From Eledone cirrhosa (lineage: Eukaryota), in assembly GCA_964016885.1 (NCBI GenBank), contig OZ024743.1, forward strand, positions 131,130,001 to 131,194,000: a DNA stretch of 64,000 nucleotides. The letters run 5' to 3'. Under the pieces are notes generated by a model, which made no database searches, was not told the origin of the DNA, and saw only the letters and a list, made by a program, of their open reading frames with translations. Made by a program: the position numbers and the translations under genes. This document shows positions 1 to 11,666 of the stretch, in pieces. The stretch's first letter is position 1. The number at the start of each line of letters is the position of its first letter.

Positions 1-986
1 GTGTTTGGTGCTTGGTGCTTGGTGTTTGTACTTGGTGCTTGGTGCTTGGTGTTTGGTGCTTGGTTCTTGGTGTTTGGTGCTTGGTGTTTGGAGCTTGGTG
101 CTTGGTGTTTGGTGCTTGGTGCTTGGTGTTTGGTGTTTGGTGCTTGGTGCTAGGTGTTTGGTGCTTGGTGCTTGGTGTTTGGTGTTTGGTTCTTGGTGCT
201 TGGTATTTGGTGCTTTGTGCTTGCTGCTTGGTGTTTGGTGCTTGGTGATTGATGCTTGGTGTTTGGTGCTTGGTGCTTGGTGTTTGGTTTTTGGTGCTAG
301 GTGCTTGGTGCTTGGTGTTTGTTGCTTGGTGTTTGGTGTTTGGTGCTTGGTGCTTGGGGCTTGGTGTTTGGTACTTGGTGCTTGGTGCTTGGTGTTTGGT
401 GCTTGGTGCTTGGTGTTTGGTGTTTGGTGTTTGGTGCTTGGTGCTTGGTGTTTGGTGCTTGGTGCTTGGTGCTGGGTGGTTGGTGTTTGGTGCTTGGTGC
501 TTGGTGTTTGGTGCTTGGTGCATGGTGCTTGGTGTTTGGTGCTTGGTGCTTGGTGCTTGGTCTTTGGTGTTTGGTGTTTAGTGCTTGGTGCTTGGTGCTT
601 GGTGCTTGGTGCATTGTGATTAGTGTTTGGTGCTTGGTCCTTGGGGTTTGGTGTTTGGTGCTTGGTGCTTGGTGTTTGGTGCTGGGTACTTGGTGTTTGG
701 TGCTTGGTGTTTGCTGTTTGCTGTTTGGTGTTTTTGGTGTTTGCTGTTTGCTGTTTGGTGTCTGCTTTTTGGTGTTTGGTGTTTGCTCTATGGTGTTTGC
801 TGTTTCATGTTTGGTGTTTGCTGTTTGGTGTTTGGTGTTTGCTGTTTGGTGTTTGGTCTTTGGTGCATGGTGTTTGGTGTTTGGTGCTTGGTGCTTGGTG
901 CTTGGTGTTTGGTGTTTGGTGTTTGGTGTTTGTACTTGTTACTTGGTGCTTGGTGTCTGGTGTTTGGTGCTTGGTGTCTGGTGTTT
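1..986 (+). repeat. Block present in three copies (1-986, 4420-5405, 8797-9782)
   Basis: Identical ORF-track entries at 249/4668/9045 and 297/4716/9093. Shared rare marker GCATTGTGATTAG at 611/5030/9407. The match to copy 2 ends at 987 (T) vs 5406 (A). Confidence 0.9.
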
Positions 987-3900
987 TGTGCTTGGTGTTT
1001 GGTGTTTGGTGCTTGGTGCTTGATGTTTGGTGTTTGGTGCTTGGTGCTTGGTGTTTGGTGTTTAGTGCTTGGTGTTTGGTGTTTGGTGCTTGGTGTTTGG
1101 TGCTGGGTGCTTGGTGTTTGGTGCTTGGTGCTTGGTCTTTGGTGTTTGGTGTTTGGTGTTTGGGGCTTGGTGCTTGGTGCTTAGTGTTTGGTGCTAGGTG
1201 CTTGGGGTTTGGTGTTTGGTGCTTGGTGCTTGGTGTTTGGTGCTTGGTGCTTGGTGTTTGGTGTTTGGTGCTTGGTGCTTGGGGTTTGGTGTTTCCTGTT
1301 TGCTGTTTGGTGTTTGGTGTTTGGTGTTTGCTGTTTGGTGTCTGCTTTTTGGGGTTTGGTGTTTGCTGTATGTTATTTGCTGTTTGGTGTTTGGTGTTTG
1401 GTGTTTGGTGCTTGGTGCTTGGTGTTTGGTGCTTGGTGCTTGGTGTTTGGTGCCTGGTGCTTGGGGCTTGGTGTTTGGTGTTTGGTGCTTGGTGCTTGGA
1501 GTTTGGTGTTTGGTGCTTGGTGTTTGGTTCTTGGTGCTTGGTGTTTGGTGTTTGGTGCTTGGTGTTTGGTGCTTGGTGCCTGGTGCTTGTTGTTTGGTGC
1601 TTGGTGTTTGGTGTTTGGTGTTTGGTGCTTGGTGTTTGGTGCTTGGTGTTTGGTGTTTGGTGCTTGGTGCTTGGTGTTTGGTGTTTGATGCTTGGTGCTT
1701 GGTGCTTGGTGTTTGGTGTTTGCTGCTTGGTGTCTGGTGCTTGGTGCTGGGTGCTTGGTGTTTGGTGCTTGGTGTTTGGTGCTTGGTGCTTGGTGCTTGG
1801 TGTTAGGTGTTTGGTGCTTGGTGTTTGGTGTTTGGTGCTTCATGCTTGGTGTTTGGTGTTTGGTGCTTGGTGCTTGGTGTTTGGTGCTTGGTGCCTGGTG
1901 CATGGTGTTTGGTGCTTGATGCTTGGTGATTGGTGTTTGCTGTTAGGTGTTTGGTGCTTGGTGCTTGGTGTTTGGTGCTTGGTGCTTGGTGTTTGGTGCT
2001 AGGTGCGTGGTGCTTGGTGCTTGGTGTTTGGTGCTTGGTGTTTGGTGCTTGGCACTTGGGGCTTGGTGTTTGGTGCTTGGTGCTTGGTGCTTGGTGTTTG
2101 GTGCTTGGTGCTTGGTGTTTGGTGTTTGGTGCTTGGTGTTTGGTGCTTGGTGCTTGGTGCTGGGTGATTGGTGTTTGGTGCTTGGTGCTTGGTGTTTGGT
2201 GTTTGGTGCTTGGTGCTTGGTGCTTGGTGTTTGGTGCTTGGTGCTTGGTGCTTGGTCTTTGGTGCTTGGTGTTTGGTGTTTGGTGCTTGGTGCTTGGTGT
2301 TTGGTGCTTGGTGCTTGGTGATTAGTGTTTGGTGCTTGCTGCTTGGGGCTTGGTGTTTGGTGCTTGGTGCTTGGTGTTTGGTGCTTGGTGCTTGGTGTTT
2401 GGTGCTTTTTGTTTGGTTTTTGCTGTTTGGTGTTTGGTGTTTGCTGTTTGCTGTTTGCTGTTTGCTTTTTGGTGTTTGGTGTTTGCTGTTTGGTGTTTGC
2501 TGTTTCCTGTTTGGTCTTTAGTCTTTGGTGCTTGGTGTTTGGTGCTTGGTGCTTGGTGTTTGGTATTTGGTGCTTGGTGTTTGGTGCTTGGTGCTTGGTG
2601 TTTGGTATTTGGGGCTTGGTGATTGGTGCTTGGTGCTTGGTGTTTGGTGTTTGGTGCTTGGGGCTTGGTGTTTGGTGCTGCGTGCTTGGTGATTGGTGCT
2701 TGGTGCTTGGTGTTTTGTGTTTGGTGTTTGATGCTTGGTGTTTGGTGTTTGGTGCTTGGTGCTTGGTGTTTGGTGTTTGATGCTTGGTGCTTGATGCTTG
2801 GTGCTTGGTGCTTGGTGTTTGGTGCTTGGTGCTTGGTGTTTGTACTTGTTGCTTGGTGCTTGGTGTTTGGTGCTTGGTTTTTGGTGCTTGGTGTTTGGTG
2901 TTTGCTGTTTGCTGTTTGGTGCTTGGTGTTTGCTGTTTGGTGTTTGTTGTTTGGTGTTTGCTGTTTGGTGTTTGCTGTTTGGTGTTTGGTGCTTGCTGTT
3001 TGGTGCTTGGTGTTTGGTGCTTGGTGCTTAGTGTTTGGTGTTTGGTGTTTGGTGCTTGGTGCTTGGGGCTTGGTGCTTGGTGCTTGGTGCATGGTGCTTG
3101 GTGCTTGGTGTTTGTCGCTTGGTGCTTGGTGCTTGGTGTTTGGTGCTTGGTGTTTGGTGTTTGGTGCTTGGTGTTTGGTGTTTGGTGTTTGGTGTTTGGT
3201 GTTTGGTGTTTGGTGTTTGCTGTTTGCTGTTTGGTGTCTGCTTTTTGGTGTTTGGTGTTTTCTGTATGGTGTTTGCTGTTTCGTGTTTGGTGTTTGCTGT
3301 TTGGTGTTTGCGGTTTGCTGTTTGGTGTTTGGTGCTTGGTGCTTGGTGCTTGGTGTTTGGTGTTTGGTGCTTGGTGTTTGGTGTTTGGTTCTTGGTGCTT
3401 GGATTTTGGTGCTTGGTGCCTGGTGCTTGGTGTTTGGTGTTTGATGCTTGGTGCTTGATGCTTGGTGCTTGGTGTTTGGTGCTTGGTGCTTGGTGTTTGT
3501 ACTTGTTACTTGGTGCTTGGTGTCTGGTGTTTGGTGCTTGGTGTCTGGTGTTTTGTGCTTGGTGTTTGGTGTTGGTGCTTGGTGCTTGGTGTTTGTACTT
3601 GGTGCTTGGTGCTTGGTGTTTGGTGCTTGTTTCTTGGTGTTTGGTGCTTGGTGTTTGGTGCTTGGTGCTTGGTGTTTGGTGCTTGGTGCTTGGTGCTTGG
3701 TGCTTGGTGTTAGGTGTTTGGTGCTTGGTGCTTGGTGTTTGGTGTTTGGTTCTTGGTGCTTGGTATTTGGTGCTTGGTGCTTGCTGCTTGGTGTTTGGTG
3801 CTTGGTGATTGATGCTTGGTGTTTGGTGCTTGGTGCTTGGTGTTTGGTTTTTGGTGCTACGTGCTTGGTGCTTGGTGTTTGGTGCTTGGTGTTTGGTGTT

Positions 3901-4319
3901 TGGTGCTTGGTGCTTGGTGTTTGGTACTTGGTGCTTGGTGCTTGGTGTTTGGTGCTTGGTGCTTGGTGTTTGGTGTTTGGTGTTTGGTGCTTGGTGCTTG
4001 GTGTTTGGTGCTGGGTGCTTGGTGCTGGGTGGTTGGTGTTTGGTGCTTGGTGCTTGGTGTTTGGTGCTAGGTGCATGGTGCTTGGTGTTTGGTGCTTGGT
4101 GCTTGGTGCTTGGTCTTTGGTGTTTGGTGTTTAGTGCTTGGTGCTTGGTGCTTGGTGCTTGGTGCTTGGTCCTTGGTGTTTGGTGCTTGGTGCTTGGTGT
4201 TTGGTGTTTGGTGCTTGGTGCTTGGTGCTTCGTGTTTGGTGTTTGGTGCTTGGTATCTGGAGCTTGGTGTTTGGTGTTTGGTGCTTGGTGTTCGGTGTTT
4301 GGTGCTTGGTGCTTGGTGT

Positions 4320-4530
4320 TTGGTGCTTGGTGCTTGGTGTTTGTACTTGGTGTTTGGTGCTTGGTGTTTGGTGCTTGGTTCTTGGTGTTTGGTGCTTGGT
4401 GTTTGGAGCTTGGTGCTTGGTGTTTGGTGCTTGGTGCTTGGTGTTTGTACTTGGTGCTTGGTGCTTGGTGTTTGGTGCTTGGTTCTTGGTGTTTGGTGCT
4501 TGGTGTTTGGAGCTTGGTGCTTGGTGTTTG
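4320..4530 (+). repeat. Local ~104-bp duplication (15 monomers minus 1 bp); boundaries approximate
   Basis: TTGTAC at 4341/4445 and GGAGC at 4405/4509. Carried into later copies near 8.7, 13.6 and 16.3 kb. Confidence 0.75.
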
Positions 4531-5884
4531 GTGCTTGGTGCTTGGTGTTTGGTGTTTGGTGCTTGGTGCTAGGTGTTTGGTGCTTGGTGCTTGGTGTTTG
4601 GTGTTTGGTTCTTGGTGCTTGGTATTTGGTGCTTTGTGCTTGCTGCTTGGTGTTTGGTGCTTGGTGATTGATGCTTGGTGTTTGGTGCTTGGTGCTTGGT
4701 GTTTGGTTTTTGGTGCTAGGTGCTTGGTGCTTGGTGTTTGTTGCTTGGTGTTTGGTGTTTGGTGCTTGGTGCTTGGGGCTTGGTGTTTGGTACTTGGTGC
4801 TTGGTGCTTGGTGTTTGGTGCTTGGTGCTTGGTGTTTGGTGTTTGGTGTTTGGTGCTTGGTGCTTGGTGTTTGGTGCTTGGTGCTTGGTGCTGGGTGGTT
4901 GGTGTTTGGTGCTTGGTGCTTGGTGTTTGGTGCTTGGTGCATGGTGCTTGGTGTTTGGTGCTTGGTGCTTGGTGCTTGGTCTTTGGTGTTTGGTGTTTAG
5001 TGCTTGGTGCTTGGTGCTTGGTGCTTGGTGCATTGTGATTAGTGTTTGGTGCTTGGTCCTTGGGGTTTGGTGTTTGGTGCTTGGTGCTTGGTGTTTGGTG
5101 CTGGGTACTTGGTGTTTGGTGCTTGGTGTTTGCTGTTTGCTGTTTGGTGTTTTTGGTGTTTGCTGTTTGCTGTTTGGTGTCTGCTTTTTGGTGTTTGGTG
5201 TTTGCTCTATGGTGTTTGCTGTTTCATGTTTGGTGTTTGCTGTTTGGTGTTTGGTGTTTGCTGTTTGGTGTTTGGTCTTTGGTGCATGGTGTTTGGTGTT
5301 TGGTGCTTGGTGCTTGGTGCTTGGTGTTTGGTGTTTGGTGTTTGGTGTTTGTACTTGTTACTTGGTGCTTGGTGTCTGGTGTTTGGTGCTTGGTGTCTGG
5401 TGTTTAGTGCTTGGTGTTTGGTGTTTGGTGCTTGGTGCTTGGTGTTTGTTGCTTGGTACTTGGTGCATGGTGTTTGGTGCTGGGTGCTTGGTGTTTGGTG
5501 CTTGGTGTTTGGTGCTTGGTGCTTGGTGTTTGGTGTTTGGTGTTTGATGCTTGGTGCTTGGTGTTTGGTGCTTGGTGTTTGTACTTGGTGCTTGGTGCTT
5601 GGTGTTTTGTGCTTAGTTCTTGGTGTTTGGTGTTTGGTGCTTGGTGCTTGGTGCTTGGTGTTAGGTGTTTGGCGCTTGGTGCTTGGTGTTTGGTGTTTGG
5701 TCCTTGGTGCTTCGTGTTTAGTGCTTGGTGCTTGGTGTTTGTTGTTTGGTGCTTTCTGCTTGCTGCTTGGTGTTTGGTGCTTGGTCATTGGTGTTTGGTG
5801 CTTGGTGTTTGGTGTTTGGTGCTTCGTGCTTGGGGTTTGGTGTTTGGTGCTTGGTGCTTGGTGCTTGGTCTTTGGTGCTTGGTG

Positions 5885-6125
5885 CTTGGTGTTTGGTGTT
5901 TCGTGTTTGGTGCTTGGTGCTTGGTGTTTGGTGCTTGGTGCTTGGTGCTGGGTGGTTGGTATTTGGTGCTTGGTGCTTGGTGTTTGGTGCTTGGTGCTTG
6001 GTGCTTGGTGTTTGGTGTTTCGTGTTTGGTGCTTGGTGCTTGGTGTTTGGTGCTTGGTGCTTGGTGCTGGGTGGTTGGTATTTGGTGCTTGGTGCTTGGT
6101 GTTTGGTGCTTGGTGCTTGGTGCTT
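5885..6125 (+). repeat. Local 119-bp duplication (17 monomers); boundaries approximate
   Basis: GTTTCGTGT at 5898/6017 and CTGGGTGGTTGGTATTT at 5948/6067. The related block at ~12.2-12.3 kb has a single copy. Confidence 0.85.
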
Positions 6126-9100
6126 GGTGTTTGGTGCTTGGTGCTTGGTGCTTGGTCTTTGGTGCTTGGTGTTTGGTGTTTGGTGCTTGGTGCTTGGTGC
6201 TTGGTGTTTGGTGCTTGGTGATTAGTGTTTGGTGCTTGGTGCTTGGGGTTTGGTGTTTGGTGCTTGGTGCTTGGTGTTTGGTGATTGGTACTTGGTGTTT
6301 GGTGCTTGGTGTTTGGTGTTTGCTGTTTGGTGTTTGGTGTTTGGTGTTTGGTGTTTGCTGTTTGGTGTCTGCTTTTTGGTGTTTGGTGTTTGCTGTATGG
6401 TGTTTGCTGTTTCGTGTTTGGTGTTTGCTGTTTGGTGTTTGGTGTTTGCTGTTAGGTGTTTGGTCTTTGGTGCTTGGTGTTTGGTGCTTGGTGTTTGGTG
6501 TTTGGTGCTTGGTGCTTGGTGTTTGGTGTTTGGTGCTTGGTGCTTGGTGCTTGGTGTTTGGTGTTTGGTGCTTGGTGTTTGGTGTTTGGTGTTTGGTGCT
6601 TGGTGTTTGGTGTTTGGTGCCTGGTGTTTGGTGTTTATTGCTTGTTGCTTGGTGCTTGGTGCTTGGTGTTTGGTGTTTGGTGCTTGGTGCTTGGTGTTTG
6701 GTGCTTGGTGCTTGGTGTTTGTACTTGGTGCTTGGTGCTTGGTGTTTGGTGCTTGGTTCTTGGTGTTTGGTGCTTGGTGTTTGGTGCTTGGTGCTTGGTG
6801 TTTGGTGCTTGGTGCTTGGTGTTTGGTGTTTGGTTCTTGGTGCTTGGTATTTGGTGCTTGGTGCTTGCTGCTTGGTGTTTGGTGCTTGGTGATTGATGCT
6901 TGGTGTTTGGTGCTTGGTGCTTGGTGTTTGGTTTTTGGTGCTAGGTGCTTGGTGCTTGGTGTTTGGTGCTTGGTGTTTGGTGTTTGGTGCTTGGTGCTTG
7001 GTGTTTGGTACTTGGTGCTTGGTGCTTGGTGTTTGGTGCTTGGTGTTTGGTACTTGGTGCTTGGTGCTTGGTGTTTGGTGCTTGGTGCTTGGTGTTTGGT
7101 GTTTGGTGTTTGGTGCCTGGTGCTTGGTGTTTGGTGCTTGGTGCTTGGTGTTTGTACTTGTTACTACTTGGTGCTTGGTGTCTGGTGTTTGGTGCTTGGT
7201 GTCTGGTGTTTTGTGCTTGGTGTTTGGTGTTTGGTGCTTGGTGCTTGGTGTTTGGTGTTTGGTGCTTGGTGCTTGGTGTTTGGTGTTTAGTGCTTGGTGT
7301 TTGGTGTTTGGTGCTTGGTGCTTGGTGTTTGTTGCTTGGTACTTGGTGCATGGTGTTTGGTGCTGGGTGCTTGGTGTTTGGTGCTTGGTGTTTGGTGCTT
7401 GGTGCTTGGTGTTTGGTGTTTGGTGTTTGATGCTTGGTGCTTGGTGTTTGGTGCTTGGTGTTTGTACTTGGTGCTTGGTGCTTGGTGTTTTGTGCTTAGT
7501 TCTTGGTGTTTGGTGTTTGGTGCTTGGTGCTTGGTGCTTGGCGTTAGGTGTTTGGTGCTTGGTGCTTGGTGTTTGGTGTTTGGTCCTTGGTGCTTCGTGT
7601 TTAGTGCTTGGTGCTTCGTGTTTGTTGTTTGGTGCTTTCTGTATGGTGTTTGCTGTTTCGTGTTTGGTGTTTGCTGTTTGGTGTTTGCGGTTTGCTGTTT
7701 GGTGTTTGGTGCTTGGTGCTTGGTGCTTGGTGTTTGGTGTTTGGTGCTTGGTGTTTGGTGTTTGGTTCTTGGTGCTTGGATTTTGGTGCTTGGTGCCTGG
7801 TGCTTGGTGTTTGGTGTTTGATGCTTGGTGCTTGATGCTTGGTGCTTGGTGTTTGGTGCTTGGTGCTTGGTGTTTGTACTTGTTACTTGGTGCTTGGTGT
7901 CTGGTGTTTGGTGCTTGGTGTCTGGTGTTTTGTGCTTGGTGTTTGGTGTTGGTGCTTGGTGCTTGGTGTTTGTACTTGGTGCTTGGTGCTTGGTGTTTGG
8001 TGCTTGTTTCTTGGTGTTTGGTGCTTGGTGTTTGGTGCTTGGTGCTTGGTGTTTGGTGCTTGGTGCTTGGTGCTTGGTGCTTGGTGTTAGGTGTTTGGTG
8101 CTTGGTGCTTGGTGTTTGGTGTTTGGTTCTTGGTGCTTGGTATTTGGTGCTTGGTGCTTGCTGCTTGGTGTTTGGTGCTTGGTGATTGATGCTTGGTGTT
8201 TGGTGCTTGGTGCTTGGTGTTTGGTTTTTGGTGCTACGTGCTTGGTGCTTGGTGTTTGGTGCTTGGTGTTTGGTGTTTGGTGCTTGGTGCTTGGTGTTTG
8301 GTACTTGGTGCTTGGTGCTTGGTGTTTGGTGCTTGGTGCTTGGTGTTTGGTGTTTGGTGTTTGGTGCTTGGTGCTTGGTGTTTGGTGCTGGGTGCTTGGT
8401 GCTGGGTGGTTGGTGTTTGGTGCTTGGTGCTTGGTGTTTGGTGCTAGGTGCATGGTGCTTGGTGTTTGGTGCTTGGTGCTTGGTGCTTGGTCTTTGGTGT
8501 TTGGTGTTTAGTGCTTGGTGCTTGGTGCTTGGTGCTTGGTGCTTGGTCCTTGGTGTTTGGTGCTTGGTGCTTGGTGTTTGGTGTTTGGTGCTTGGTGCTT
8601 GGTGCTTCGTGTTTGGTGTTTGGTGCTTGGTATCTGGAGCTTGGTGTTTGGTGTTTGGTGCTTGGTGTTCGGTGTTTGGTGCTTGGTGCTTGGTGTTTGG
8701 TGCTTGGTGCTTGGTGTTTGTACTTGGTGTTTGGTGCTTGGTGTTTGGTGCTTGGTTCTTGGTGTTTGGTGCTTGGTGTTTGGAGCTTGGTGCTTGGTGT
8801 TTGGTGCTTGGTGCTTGGTGTTTGTACTTGGTGCTTGGTGCTTGGTGTTTGGTGCTTGGTTCTTGGTGTTTGGTGCTTGGTGTTTGGAGCTTGGTGCTTG
8901 GTGTTTGGTGCTTGGTGCTTGGTGTTTGGTGTTTGGTGCTTGGTGCTAGGTGTTTGGTGCTTGGTGCTTGGTGTTTGGTGTTTGGTTCTTGGTGCTTGGT
9001 ATTTGGTGCTTTGTGCTTGCTGCTTGGTGTTTGGTGCTTGGTGATTGATGCTTGGTGTTTGGTGCTTGGTGCTTGGTGTTTGGTTTTTGGTGCTAGGTGC

Positions 9101-11666
9101 TTGGTGCTTGGTGTTTGTTGCTTGGTGTTTGGTGTTTGGTGCTTGGTGCTTGGGGCTTGGTGTTTGGTACTTGGTGCTTGGTGCTTGGTGTTTGGTGCTT
9201 GGTGCTTGGTGTTTGGTGTTTGGTGTTTGGTGCTTGGTGCTTGGTGTTTGGTGCTTGGTGCTTGGTGCTGGGTGGTTGGTGTTTGGTGCTTGGTGCTTGG
9301 TGTTTGGTGCTTGGTGCATGGTGCTTGGTGTTTGGTGCTTGGTGCTTGGTGCTTGGTCTTTGGTGTTTGGTGTTTAGTGCTTGGTGCTTGGTGCTTGGTG
9401 CTTGGTGCATTGTGATTAGTGTTTGGTGCTTGGTCCTTGGGGTTTGGTGTTTGGTGCTTGGTGCTTGGTGTTTGGTGCTGGGTACTTGGTGTTTGGTGCT
9501 TGGTGTTTGCTGTTTGCTGTTTGGTGTTTTTGGTGTTTGCTGTTTGCTGTTTGGTGTCTGCTTTTTGGTGTTTGGTGTTTGCTCTATGGTGTTTGCTGTT
9601 TCATGTTTGGTGTTTGCTGTTTGGTGTTTGGTGTTTGCTGTTTGGTGTTTGGTCTTTGGTGCATGGTGTTTGGTGTTTGGTGCTTGGTGCTTGGTGCTTG
9701 GTGTTTGGTGTTTGGTGTTTGGTGTTTGTACTTGTTACTTGGTGCTTGGTGTCTGGTGTTTGGTGCTTGGTGTCTGGTGTTTAGTGCTTGGTGTTTGGTG
9801 TTTGGTGCTTGGTGCTTGGTGTTTGTTGCTTGGTACTTGGTGCATGGTGTTTGGTGCTGGGTGCTTGGTGTTTGGTGCTTGGTGTTTGGTGCTTGGTGCT
9901 TGGTGTTTGGTGTTTGGTGTTTGATGCTTGGTGCTTGGTGTTTGGTGCTTGGTGTTTGTACTTGGTGCTTGGTGCTTGGTGTTTTGTGCTTAGTTCTTGG
10001 TGTTTGGTGTTTGGTGCTTGGTGCTTGGTGCTTGGTGTTAGGTGTTTGGCGCTTGGTGCTTGGTGTTTGGTGTTTGGTCCTTGGTGCTTCGTGTTTAGTG
10101 CTTGGTGCTTGGTGTTTGTTGTTTGGTGCTTTCTGCTTGCTGCTTGGTGTTTGGTGCTTGGTCATTGGTGTTTGGTGCTTGGTGTTTGGTGTTTGGTGCT
10201 TCGTGCTTGGGGTTTGGTGTTTGGTGCTTGGTGCTTGGTGCTTGGTCTTTGGTGCTTGGTGCTTGGTGTTTGGTGTTTCGTGTTTGGTGCTTGGTGCTTG
10301 GTGTTTGGTGCTTGGTGCTTGGTGCTGGGTGGTTGGTATTTGGTGCTTGGTGCTTGGTGTTTGGTGCTTGGTGCTTGGTGCTTGGTGTTTGGTGTTTCGT
10401 GTTTGGTGCTTGGTGCTTGGTGTTTGGTGCTTGGTGCTTGGTGCTGGGTGGTTGGTATTTGGTGCTTGGTGCTTGGTGTTTGGTGCTTGGTGCTTGGTGC
10501 TTGGTGTTTGGTGCTTGGTGCTTGGTGCTTGGTCTTTGGTGCTTGGTGTTTGGTGTTTGGTGCTTGGTGCTTGGTGCTTGGTGTTTGGTGCTTGGTGATT
10601 AGTGTTTGGTGCTTGGTGCTTGGGGTTTGGTGTTTGGTGCTTGGTGCTTGGTGTTTGGTGATTGGTACTTGGTGTTTGGTGCTTGGTGTTTGGTGTTTGC
10701 TGTTTGGTGTTTGGTGTTTGGTGTTTGGTGTTTGCTGTTTGGTGTCTGCTTTTTGGTGTTTGGTGTTTGCTGTATGGTGTTTGCTGTTTCGTGTTTGGTG
10801 TTTGCTGTTTGGTGTTTGGTGTTTGCTGTTAGGTGTTTGGTCTTTGGTGCTTGGTGTTTGGTGCTTGGTGTTTGGTGTTTGGTGCTTGGTGCTTGGTGTT
10901 TGGTGTTTGGTGCTTGGTGCTTGGTGCTTGGTGTTTGGTGTTTGGTGCTTGGTGTTTGGTGTTTGGTGTTTGGTGCTTGGTGTTTGGTGTTTGGTGCCTG
11001 GTGTTTGGTGTTTATTGCTTGTTGCTTGGTGCTTGGTGCTTGGTGTTTGGTGTTTGGTGCTTGGTGCTTGGTGTTTGGTGCTTGGTGCTTGGTGTTTGTA
11101 CTTGGTGCTTGGTGCTTGGTGTTTGGTGCTTGGTTCTTGGTGTTTGGTGCTTGGTGTTTGGTGCTTGGTGCTTGGTGTTTGGTGCTTGGTGCTTGGTGTT
11201 TGGTGTTTGGTTCTTGGTGCTTGGTATTTGGTGCTTGGTGCTTGCTGCTTGGTGTTTGGTGCTTGGTGATTGATGCTTGGTGTTTGGTGCTTGGTGCTTG
11301 GTGTTTGGTTTTTGGTGCTAGGTGCTTGGTGCTTGGTGTTTGGTGCTTGGTGTTTGGTGTTTGGTGCTTGGTGCTTGGTGTTTGGTACTTGGTGCTTGGT
11401 GCTTGGTGTTTGGTGCTTGGTGTTTGGTACTTGGTGCTTGGTGCTTGGTGTTTGGTGCTTGGTGCTTGGTGTTTGGTGTTTGGTGTTTGGTGCCTGGTGC
11501 TTGGTGTTTGGTGCTTGGTGCTTGGTGTTTGTACTTGTTACTACTTGGTGCTTGGTGTCTGGTGTTTGGTGCTTGGTGTCTGGTGTTTTGTGCTTGGTGT
11601 TTGGTGTTTGGTGCTTGGTGCTTGGTGTTTGGTGTTTGGTGCTTGGTGCTTGGTGTTTGGTGTTTA

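Noticed and set aside
471-479. Chi-like motif (GCTGGGTGG, recurring)
   Set aside because: It is not the E. coli Chi sequence GCTGGTGG. It is simply two adjacent variant monomers propagated by duplication.
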